NCBI GenBank assembly: GCA_023213395.1
Contig: CM041465.1
Coordinates: 213,659,741-213,723,740 of the forward strand
Source: Cycas panzhihuaensis
Taxonomy: Eukaryota > Plantae > Cycadophyta
DNA length: 64,000 nucleotides
Direction: 5' to 3'
Of the stretch, positions 53,255-64,000 are shown piece after piece. Position 1 is the first letter of the stretch, and each line of letters starts with the position of its first letter. Under the pieces are notes generated by a model. The model was given only the letters and a program-made list of their open reading frames with translations, did not search any database and was not told where the DNA came from. Made by a program: the position numbers and the translations under genes.

Positions 53255-56240
53255 TGTCACTAAGGGGGATGAATGTCAATGCTAACTATTAGCTTTTATG
53301 TGTGAGCTATTAACTTTCACTAATAGAATTAGGGGTCGTTAGAACCAACTAATGAGATCTAATGGAAGAGGCCATTGTTGTCCATTTAAGGCCTTAACAA
53401 ATATAACCTTATTAGTATTTCTTATAAAATCTTGTAAGATCATATTATAGTCCAATATTTGGGGAATAATTAGTGTCCTTTCTACATCCATCTCTACATT
53501 TTTGTCTCCTTAATTAATAAAAGTACTTGATTTGTTGCCATTAATCTTTTTATATTATGCCCTTTGAATTCACAAGTGTAGTATTATAAAAGAATACTAG
53601 GAAAAAAATGTCCTAATTGGGTTTAAAGATTTCCTCTCTGATCCATCTAAAGTAGTAAGGCATGATCATGAAGATATTCTATAATAGGAGGAGCAAAAAT
53701 TTTGAGATTTTTTTTCCTCTTATGGTGAAAAATAAAAAATCCTCTCACTAGTTCATTTTGCTTATCTAATTATTATTTTGTATTCATGTGCTCTCTCTTC
53801 ACTACTCTCCTATAACTTGTAAAGATTGAGGAAAGATAATAAGTCTTTCTAAACCTTTTTGTTTTATATACTATAAATCTAGGTAGAGACCCTATTTTGG
53901 GGGTCTTTTAATGTCCACAAATAATTATCATTCTCCGCCAACAATACTTAGGTATATGCCAATACATAAAGTGAAGTAGGTTACTTGCTTACATTGACCT
54001 AAGATAATGCCTACATATAGAAGTAAGCCTCCATGTACCTTCAAGTATATAAGAGGACCCTTTTAGGCATCCTTCCCTAACCTAAAATAAGAAACCTATG
54101 GACTGCCTACAAATTTATAATACATTGGTTAGTGGTTGGTGCCAAGAATCTACCCTTCCTAAACACCCCAGCACGACTATCATGGTTGCATGTATGGTAA
54201 TCCTCTATAGTTAATACCTTAAGATATTAGTAGTGACTGAGAAGTTTATTAAAAGCCTTATAGACTCGATAAGCCTTGTTTCAAATGTCTACATAGAGTT
54301 AGTTTCCCAAATATTGATGTCCATTAGTAAAAACTATTATTAAAATATAATAAGCAAATTAAATTCCATCATTAATAAAACATATGGCATAAAATTTATC
54401 AAGTTACTACAATATGATATTATAATAACCACAACAAGTTACTCAAAACCTATTCATAAACTATCTTATACCCAAACCTTCACTTACAAGTCTAGTAGTT
54501 ATCACAAAATAAAGAATAAAAAAAAGTCTACAACTCAAAATTTACCCTTATATTTTATACATCCTATTTTAACAAGCATGTCACATTGATCATTTTTCAC
54601 TAGGTTAGATTTAACCCAAAATTTTGGGGAAAATTATATACAAGCATCGTGTGTGCCCCAAAACCTTATTTTCATACTTAAAATTCATCCACTTCATTTT
54701 GACGAGATGTTTTTACTCATTTGAGTACACTAGATGATATTATTATAAAGTTTTAGGGGTTAATAGGCCATAGACATCCCTCCTTTCTATTCATTACTTC
54801 TCAGTTATATAAATCCCATTATGTCTATCTACTTCATAATTTGATAAGTCTTGCTTATCTTTCTACTATTATTTTATAACAACTCTACTTTGTTCCTAAG
54901 TCCATCTTCTTAGGATCCCTTCCTATTCATAAGATATCTTCCCATAAAAGAAGATTTAATTACTACATTAGAGAACTAGTTCACCAACATCTAGAACTCT
55001 ATGGACATAAAGAATAACTTAGCTCATCTTATAAATAAGGTTACAAAGATGTCCATTTAGATATTAAACATGGAATCCATATCTAACTCAATTTATACTT
55101 CTAACTTAATAGAAGACCCCCATCCACCTCTAACCCTACCACCACGATAATAACTACTCCATAACAAATTTAACATATTAATATTAGACCTAAATGTTAA
55201 TAAGGACAATGCGAGTAGTTGGATAAGTAAGATAGAATCTTACTTTTCACTTAATCCTATGTCCATAGATAACCAATTAACATTTGCCTTTATACACCTT
55301 AATGGTAAGGCACATCATGGTTTAATTAGTGGTAGTGGGAGAATCCAATGAATTAAATGTGGGTATAGTGTTATAAAAAATTCTTTGAATAATATGTAGA
55401 CATATGGAACTAGTCTTTTTTTGGTCAACTCACTTAGTTGCAAATACCATCAATGGAAGCTTATATAATAAAGTTTTAGACTTTACAAAATCAAGTTACA
55501 TAGTTATTAAATCGATAAATAATTATCAATATATATATGTATCAAGGCTTAATAAGCACATTCAAATGCACCTTGAAATGTCATTTCTAGGTAATTTAAG
55601 ATAATCTATAACCATGGCTAAGGTCATTGAGATTGAGTTCATCATAGAATAAATAGCAACCTTTTGTCATGATGCTATATGGTACTAACTATCCTAGCAG
55701 GTAGACCCTCAATGTTAGTAACTATGTTTGGATTAGTCATAACATCCCTTAGTGGAGCACCCATAAGTGAATTCATTGGTAGGACTAGTTCATGTACCTT
55801 GACATAGGAAATCCATCCAATGCTTAAAGAAATAGACCCCTAGTCATGGAAATATTTGTAATATTAGACATATGGTATTTATCATTGACCTTAGTATGTC
55901 CCTTAAGTAAGATTCTAACTCTAATGATAAACTTCATGAGGAACCACCCTTAGAGATTTTCTCAACCCCTGAGCTAGAAGAGTCTTTATCCATTATCTCA
56001 TTTGTCTCTTATCCTAATCCACTTTGTGCTAAGGGCATACTTTGAAAAACTCCCATCACTATTCTAATTGATAACGACTCATCACTTTAATTTGTTGTTA
56101 CATCCTTGGCTTAGTAGCTTAACTTATAAATTAAACCTAAAATTGAGTTTGTCCACTCCCTATTAAGATATCACACCCTCCATTGCATTGGAATAATAAA
56201 AATTTTTTATGTCTAGATTGGAACCTACCATTTGGTCTCA
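53255..56240 (+). mobile_element. Element J copy 1: Gypsy LTR (~360 bp) + ~1.4-kb leader + decayed gag and protease
   Basis: Starts TGTCAC; gag SSWISKIESYFSLNPM..NQLTFAFIHLNGKA at ~55210-55320; protease-like TILIDNDSS at ~56058. Homologous over ~1.9 kb to copy 2. Confidence 0.72.
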
Positions 56241-56398
56241 GCTAATTAACTGATCTCCCTAAATTAGATGTAAAAACAACTAAATAGTAGTGTTGGATAT
56301 ATAGTGCATATCAATAATATTTAATCACATATCAACACCCATCTAGATATCTAAAAGATTCTTACCAAGTACCAGTTAAACTTTATCCCCTTTCTAAA

Positions 56399-58846
56399 TA
56401 TCACCCTAAGGGATGTGAATGTCAATACTAACCATTAGCTTTTATGTGCAAGATGTTTACTTTTATGAATAGAATTGGAGCTTACTAATACTAACTAATG
56501 AGATTTGATGGAAGAGGCTATTATTGCCTATTTAAGTCCCTAATAAATATAACCTCATTAGTATGTCTTATGAACTCTTGCAAGATCATATTGTAGTGTA
56601 ATATTTGGGGAATATTTGGTGTCCTTTCTGCATCCATTCTTGTATTTCTATGTCCTTGATTAATAAAAGTACTTGATTTATTGCCATTAATTATTTTATA
56701 TTATACCCTTTGAACTTACAAGTGTAGTATTGTAAAAGAATACTAGGATAACATTTTCCCAAGTGATATCAAAGCTTTACTCTTCGATCCATCTAAAGTA
56801 GTAAGGTATGATTGTAAAGATATGACATAATAGGAGGAGCTAAAAATTTGGGATATTTCTTTTTCTTATGGTGAAAAATAAAATAGCCTCTCTTTGGTTC
56901 ATTTTGCTTCTTTGATTATTATTTTGTATTCATATACTCTCTTTACCACTCTCCTATCACTTGCCTAGATTATGGAAAGACAACAAGACTTTCTACAACC
57001 TTTTTATTTTCCATAGAGTTTAGGTAGAGACCTTATTTTGGGGGTCTTTAAACATCTATAGATAGTTATCATTCTCAGCCAAGAATACTTGGGTATATGC
57101 TAATACATAAAGTGAAATAGGCTACTTGCTTACATAGGCATAAGATAATACCTACATATAAAAGTAAGACTTCATGTATCTTCAAATATATATGAGGACC
57201 CTTTCAAGCTTCATTCCCTAACCTAGAATAGGAAACCTATTGACCATCTACAAATATGTAGTGCATTAGTTGGTGGTTAGTGCTATGTATCTACCCTTCT
57301 TAAATACCTCAATATGAACATGGTTATTAGTATGGTAATCTCTTATAGTTAGTACCTTAAGATATTAGGTTAAACATTAGTAGTGATTAAGAAGTTTATT
57401 GAAGGTCTTATAGACTAATTAAGCCTTGTGTTATAAGTATGCTTAGAGTCAGTTTCCTAAATACTAATGTGTATTAATAAAAACTATTATTAAAATATAA
57501 TAAGTAAATTAATTTCCATCATCAACAAACTATAGGGTATAAAAGTTATCAAGTTATCGCAATCTAACATTATAACAAAAGTAACAAGTTATTCAAACCT
57601 TGTTTATAGACTCTCATATGTCTAAACCTTCACCTACAAGTGTAGTAGTTATTATAAAATAAAAAAATAAAAAAATTTCACAACTTAAAATTTACCCTCA
57701 CATTTTATACATCCTATTTGAATGAGCATGTCACATTGATCATTTTTTACTAGGTTAGATTTAACTCAAAATTTAGAAAAAATGATATACAAGTATCTTG
57801 TGGACCCTACAACCCTATTTTTACACTTAAAATTCATCCACCTCATTTTGACGAGATCCTTTTAATCCTTTGAGTATACTAGGTAATATTATCATAAAAT
57901 TTTAGTAGTCAGTAGGCCATAAACAATCCCCCCACCCCCCTGACATTTTCTACATCATTTCTCAATTCTCTAAATTCCATTATATTTATCTACTTCCTAA
58001 TTTGATAAGTCCCACTTTATCTTTCTACTCTTATTTCATATCACCTCTTCTTCTTTATTAAATCCCTCTTCTTGGGATCCCTTCCCATCCATATGATACC
58101 TCCCCATATAAGAAGATTAAATTACTACATTAGAGGCCTAGTTTACCAACTTCAAGTGTTAAAACATAATATTTAATGTATATGGTGTACACATGCACTT
58201 CCCACCATTCACATACATCAAGATATATGAGATGCACATATATCCATATTATCACTTTATTAGATGATGTAAAGGCTCATAATATTTGATAGGCCACTTA
58301 TGAGATGATCTTACTATACATATATACACTCACCACTTGTGAACTTGAAAAAGGATAGAGCAAAGAGAGAGAAGAAAGATTTAAACCTTATGATTATAAG
58401 TGGATTCCTAACTCCACCTTCTCCCATGGTTTTTTCCACAATGGGTTTTCCATGTATATATCTTGGTGTCCATCTTATGGTGATTTTCTTGCTTGATGAT
58501 GCATGTTTTACATGTTTGACATTTTATATTCATGTTAATTAATTTATTAAGTATACATTCTCATGAGTTCATATTTCTCCATTATTATTGCATCATATAT
58601 ATTATAGAATCATAGCTAATATCAGTATTCCCTATATTTTTATTATTAAGAACTATATATCCACAAAGAATAACATAGCTCATCTCATAAATAAGGTTAC
58701 AAAGATGTCCACTCAAATATCAAACATGGCATCCATGTCCAACATAATTGATACTTCTAACTTAATAGAAGACCCTCCTCTACTTCTAACCCTTCCACCA
58801 TGATAATAACCACTCCATGGTTAGAAGACCCTCCTTGCATTGTCCT
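56399..58846 (+). mobile_element. Element J copy 2: LTR (56399-56761), PBS, leader and gag start; carries a solo LTR and is cut by element K
   Basis: Colinear with 53255-55160; decayed PBS TGATATCAAAGC at 56764-56775. Confidence 0.75.
58157..58645 (+). mobile_element. Solo LTR (489 bp) inserted in J copy 2
   Basis: TGTTAA...TATTA flanked by TCAAG/TTAAG; its removal restores colinearity with J copy 1 (ACCAAC.TC.AGAACT.TAT). Confidence 0.8.
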
Positions 58847-61800
58847 TGTTAAGATTTGGGTCTAATGTCCACTCAAACTCCTTTCTATTGATAAGATATT
58901 TCCTATTTAAAATTCTTATAATTTCATTGCTTATTGGAGATTATTTTTTGCTTAGAGTTTACTCTTCCTTTCTACTAATTTTTATGGGGATCTTATATTC
59001 ATTTTTAGCTTGGAACTTTAGCTAAATGTTAGCCCTTTGTGGGATAAAAAGAAGATAGATTAGTGTAAATCATGGTCATCTCTTCACTATCTAAATAATT
59101 ACCTGCTTCCATTCTTCTGTAGTAATCTAAATTCCAAGTGGTTTGCGATATCTTTGGTTTTTTTGTGGCTATAGTTTAGCCTAGGGTACTTAATGTTCTT
59201 CTTTCTTTATCAGTTTTAAAGGAAGAGTTTAGAGAAATTTGATTAAATGAAAGAAAAAGAGCTATTATGAGGTAGAATTTTTACATGATAGGAAAGAAAT
59301 TTTGATATTGTTCTTATTTTACTTTACTTATTTCATCTCTTTTACTTAAAAAAAAAAAAAACAAAAAATCTAAATTAGTGAATGATATATGTATGATTTT
59401 TAAAATCATTAAAGGTTCAAGGATCCCTTTAGAGCCTATTATACTTCAATTATGATAGAATCTCTTGATGTTTTAACTTGATACTTTTGTAAGAATTGTG
59501 ATTTGAATATGGTTGGTTGCATGCACTATTGATAATCTGAAAAATCACTTACAACAGTAGTAGAAAATCTTTGAAATTTCTCTTCTTATTGTAGAGTCAT
59601 TGTTTAAAGGAAAGGTAACATGCATTTGGGATAAAAATCTTTTTATTTTCATTGCATATTATTGGATCCTTTAGCTATATTGCATACATAGTTGCAAGTG
59701 AAGTTAGTTACATGCTTGTGTTAGTTCATTTTTTATAAAAAGTATGTGTTGTATCCAAAGGAAATAGTCTCGTACTCATTTTAGCATGTTTTATCTTAAA
59801 AAAAAAGGAAAAACATATTACATGTGTGCTTAGCTTTCTTGCACATGTCTTAAAAATTAGGTGGTTCGATTTTATAGTCCTATTAATTGTCTTTTTTTTT
59901 TTTCATTTTTATTAAAAAATAAAATCATAAAAAAAAAAGGAAACAAATAAGAAATAAAACCTTTCTCATCACTTACCCATTTCCCCTCATTCAAGTAGAA
60001 ATTTAAAGGTTGAAAGAATTGAAGGAAAATGAGTCCCTCGAAAGGATATGAGAGACATTGTCAGAGTAGTTATGACCTTAGAACTCCTTCAGCTGGTTGT
60101 GCAGGCCAATGGATTCAATCACCCTCATATATCCTAGCCTTTCATTACCTTATTCATATCCTCATCAAATGATACAATTAAGTGGAGACTCTTCCTTAGG
60201 AGTTGGATAAAGGTGGTCACTTAGGTCTTCTTAGATTTTATATCTCCTAGCCTAAATTTAAAATAAAAGAATATCTCATCAATTGAGATATATCTAGTTT
60301 AGGTCCATCCAAGACACACCATCTTTTTGGAAAGTATACTAGGGAGCTACCATTTATTCTCTTATTAAAGTAATGGAGAATATCACACCTACCCCTAGGC
60401 AATCTTTGAGGCTTTAAGGCCTCCCACCTGATCTTCAAGCTTAACCTTCACATTTTGGTCAAGAAGTTTCATCATCTTATATTGAATCTTTAGAACTTCA
60501 CTCTCATTATACATATATTTATCCTCATGAAGTTTCAACTTAATTGTACGAAATCCTAGTGGAGCAAGGATAACCCAAACCCTCTTAATTTCATGGTGAT
60601 CCTTCTTTTATAAATCCTTGTTTTACATAAGAAGAATCACTCCCTGTTCATGCTCATTCATCATACTTTGAGCCAGTTCTTACTAGGATTCCTACTCCAC
60701 TTCATATTCCTAGATATCAAGATCCGTTCTATCCAGAGACTCATACCATGACATCATCACCATAACAACATCAATTTGATCCTTTTTATGAGGAGTTTGA
60801 GTCAATTCAAGTTGAGCCCTAAATTGTTCCTAATGTCATTTGATCTCCCATACCTTCTTACCCTCCTTCACTAAGACCTTCATCAAGACCTCATTCTTCT
60901 TCTTTAGAGGAGGTAGAAGATCATAAGTTGATCCATTCCTAGCCTCATCACTCTCCTTCTATGTTACAAGTTTGGACTTATTCTTACCATACCATACTAT
61001 CTACACATAAAGGTATCTCTACTATTCTTATCCATGGCAACCCTAATTCCTCTCATGTTCCCACTTTAAGTCAAGTAGGTTTTCCTTCACCGAGCCTATC
61101 ACCTATCCATTCCTATACCACTAGGGTTGCCCCCTCTTATCTAGTTTCCTCTATAACTCAATTACCACTCTACACATCATATATAATTTTGTTGCAAGGC
61201 ATTAGACCTCGTGCACCTTCTCCTCGAGCATCTAATGTAGCCCCCTCTTCTCAACATATTTTTTATACTTATTTTGTCCATGCTCATACCTCAATTAGTC
61301 AATCTCAAGCCTTTGGAGTTGCCAACCCTACTTCTTCATCATATATTCCTAGGCCTACTTCATAAATAACTTCTTTTCCTTCATTTAATCCTATTCTTCC
61401 ATAATATCCTATGCCTCAAACTAACTCTATGATTAACCCTACAACTTGGTTTAATCCTTTATCCACTTTTCTATCCTATTATATTCCCTAATAATAACTT
61501 CAATAACCCATTCCTTCCTCTATTCCACATCCATTCTCCTTACCTCAACATCATGCCACGTTAAGGCTAAGGAAACCTTTTATTGATTATATGAAATCCC
61601 CTTTTTTCGCGTAAGGTCCTTTTATCTCCTATGCCTTTATTCCTTCTTGAGTTACTTAAAATATTAGGTGACTCTTTACAAGACCCTGCTTCCTACATAT
61701 AAGTGTTTGCACTTGCTTATGCAGATTTCATGTCATATGATTATATCATGATATGCTTGTTCCTTAAATCACTTTAGGGTGATGCCTTGAAGTGGCTTTA

Positions 61801-62610
61801 TTGACTTCCTTTAGCCTCTGTCCTTTCATTCTAATAATTAGTTGATTCTTTTATTAACCATTTTGATATAGTGACACCATTTAAATCAGGCATCAAGTCC
61901 CTTTTAACCATTAAACAAAACCATGATAAGACCTCAAGAGATTTTGTGAGAAGGTTTCAAAACCAGATACATGCTTATCATTCATATCTTGATCCTAGTC
62001 TCCTATTTGATTTATTTACTAATGCTTTGAGGCCATATGTACATCTTGAAGTTCTTAAACTTGGTCCTTAAACTTATGAAGAAGTTGTTAATAGTTGTCT
62101 AACTTTGGAAACATTTGAGATTTAAGCAGGTATTAAGAAAGTTAGGAAACCTATTCCTTCCAAAGAAACTATTCAAATGGAAAAGGCTTCCTATCCCAAG
62201 CCTACCTATGATAATCTAATTTCTTCTATTAGATCATTGGAGTGTGTGATCAACACTAAATTATGTGTTGATGGTCCTTCTCAGAGTCAATCCTCTTAGG
62301 AAATAAAAGTGATCCATCTTACTGAAAGAAAGAAGAAATAAGCTCCTCCTCCACCTCCTCCTTCTGTTAGAAAGATAAAATGGAGTTTGTATCATCAAAC
62401 AAATGCTAATGATAGAAGTGAGTGCTGTATGGTTTAAAATATTGCCTAAAATATGAATGTTCAATCAAATCACTCCTTTAAGTCATCTTAAGATCAAATG
62501 ATCTATAAAGATCCTTTGCCTCAACATATCGAGAAAGCAAATAAAGATGATAAAGGTAAGGAAAAGTAGGTTCAAGATGTTGAAGGTGAGTGTGGTGAGC
62601 CTATACCACA
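58847..62610 (+). mobile_element. Element K: Tat/Ogre-like Gypsy 5' part (long LTR ~58847-60176, tRNA-Arg-type PBS, gag), interrupted by L
   Basis: GATACA-ATTAAG-TGGAGACTCTTCC resembles the Ogre PBS TGGCGACTCTGCTG. A Pro/Ser-rich region precedes gag LFLKSL*GDALKWLY*LP...LVDSFINHF...LLTIKQ..DFVRRF (61750-61960) and a YHQTNANDRSEC knuckle remnant. Confidence 0.72.
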
Positions 62611-64000
62611 TGTTAGAGAGGGCTATGACCCTCCATCATATGAGGATTAATAGGATTGGTTGATATAAAGGTAGGAATATAATAATATGGGGGTGACTGT
62701 TATATATACCCCACTCTATTGTAAAGAGGAGAATATGATACAATGATATGTTAATAGATGTTCTTCGGAACCCTACCTTCTTCTTTCATCTTATTTCTCC
62801 TATTTCTCTGTATATTTCTTTATATTGATTTGGTTACAGGATAAGCATGTAACAAGTGGTATTAGAGCTATGTTGTGATCATGGAAAGCTGCCCGAAAGA
62901 TCAGAGCCATTTTCTGATCCATACAAGAGCCAGGGATCCATTTTTTGCCAAATTTTTTTTCAAGGTTTTTAGCATATGAAAGTTCTACTCGTTGGGATCA
63001 AAGACGAAAGATTCTCAAGGAAACGTTAAAGAATTCAAGACGAAAGGGCCCGCGCCATAAATTTTGAGTGGTCATACTGTTGGTTTGGTGAAAAGTTGCA
63101 GAAATCATAGCCAATTTTATTTCAACCTAATTTCCGTTGACTTATTTTTGGGATAGATCTGCAACCTCAACTTCAAAGAGCCATAACTTTAGCTACAGGT
63201 GTCCAAATGACCTCAATTTTTTTTGATTCTATGGGTTTCTAAATTTTCTTTCCAATGGAAGTGGTTTGAAGTCAATCAAAGGTCAGAGCAGGGAGTTATT
63301 GGCATTTTATTAGAAGGTACTATTATAATCCTTAGAAACCCTAGTAACAAATTTCTTAAACAGCTATAACTTTTGATTTAGACATCAGAATTTAATTCCG
63401 TCTAAACCGTTGGAATCGTATTTTTGTGGCCGTGACTTTTAGCCATATTTTATGTGCTTTTGGGCCATATATTTTTTTCAGAATTAAAATTTTAAAGTTA
63501 AAGTTAAAGTTTCTATATTGTATTTGGTTGTTCAGACCTTGGTTACAAAACCATTGCTCTAGAGGCCTAATATTTCTTTGTATTAAAATTAGGGGATAAC
63601 AGGCTATAGACACCCCTAATCTCTCTAACATCTATATTATCATGGATACAAAAAGGCCCATACCTCGTATATTTAATGCAGATGGGACTCTTTCTATAGA
63701 TGATTGGGTTAGAGACATGCATCTATATTTAAAATCACTTGATGATGACTACAGAAGTAATAAAGAGATGATTAAAGTTGCCTCATTATATCTACAAGAA
63801 GAGGCTTACCTTTGGTTTAAGGAGTGGTATGGCACATTTAGTCCATTTAAGTCATTTTTCTGCTACAATATGATCTCCGTGACAAATATGATGCTTCTTG
63901 GTGGAATCAGATGCAAAGCCTTGAACAAGATAAATAAGAAGCTCGTCAAATACTTGAGAAATATAATCGTAAGGTGGAACAAGGAATTCTCCCCACTCCT
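62611..64000 (+). mobile_element. Element L: 5' part of a Gypsy LTR element (244-bp LTR 62611-62854, PBS, leader, gag start ~63642), runs off the right edge
   Basis: TGTTA...TAACA followed by AG-TGGTATTAGAGC (62857-62868); gag IFNADGTLSIDDWVRDMHLY...KEMIKVASLYLQEEAYLWF. Confidence 0.8.

Noticed and set aside
60961-61365. 134-aa Pro/Ser-rich ORF as a host cell-wall protein
   Set aside because: It lies between the PBS and the gag core of element K, so it is best read as the low-complexity Gag N-terminus.
1-64000. Host protein-coding exons, tRNA or rRNA genes
   Set aside because: None recognisable; tRNA-like matches are only 12-13-nt PBS motifs. Very short exons of a gene with giant introns cannot be excluded by eye.

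Overview
AT-rich plant nuclear DNA from a large, repeat-dense genome. I see no host gene and no RNA gene. The window is a stack of nested retroelements: an old minus-strand L1 LINE, several Ty1/Copia elements, and Ty3/Gypsy elements of chromovirus-like and Tat/Ogre-like type, plus solo LTRs and microsatellites. Most copies are heavily eroded by C-to-T/G-to-A transitions. The exception is element A (308-3913), a 3.6-kb chromovirus-type LTR element with identical 246-bp LTRs, a perfect TGTTC target-site duplication (TSD) and retained CpGs. It encodes only a broken Gag-protease and has no RT, RNase H or integrase, so it looks recently mobilised in trans. Other short two-LTR or Gag-centred non-autonomous elements recur in the window (I, F, J, H). 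All alignments and translations were done by eye, and family assignments rest on recognised motifs, not database searches.
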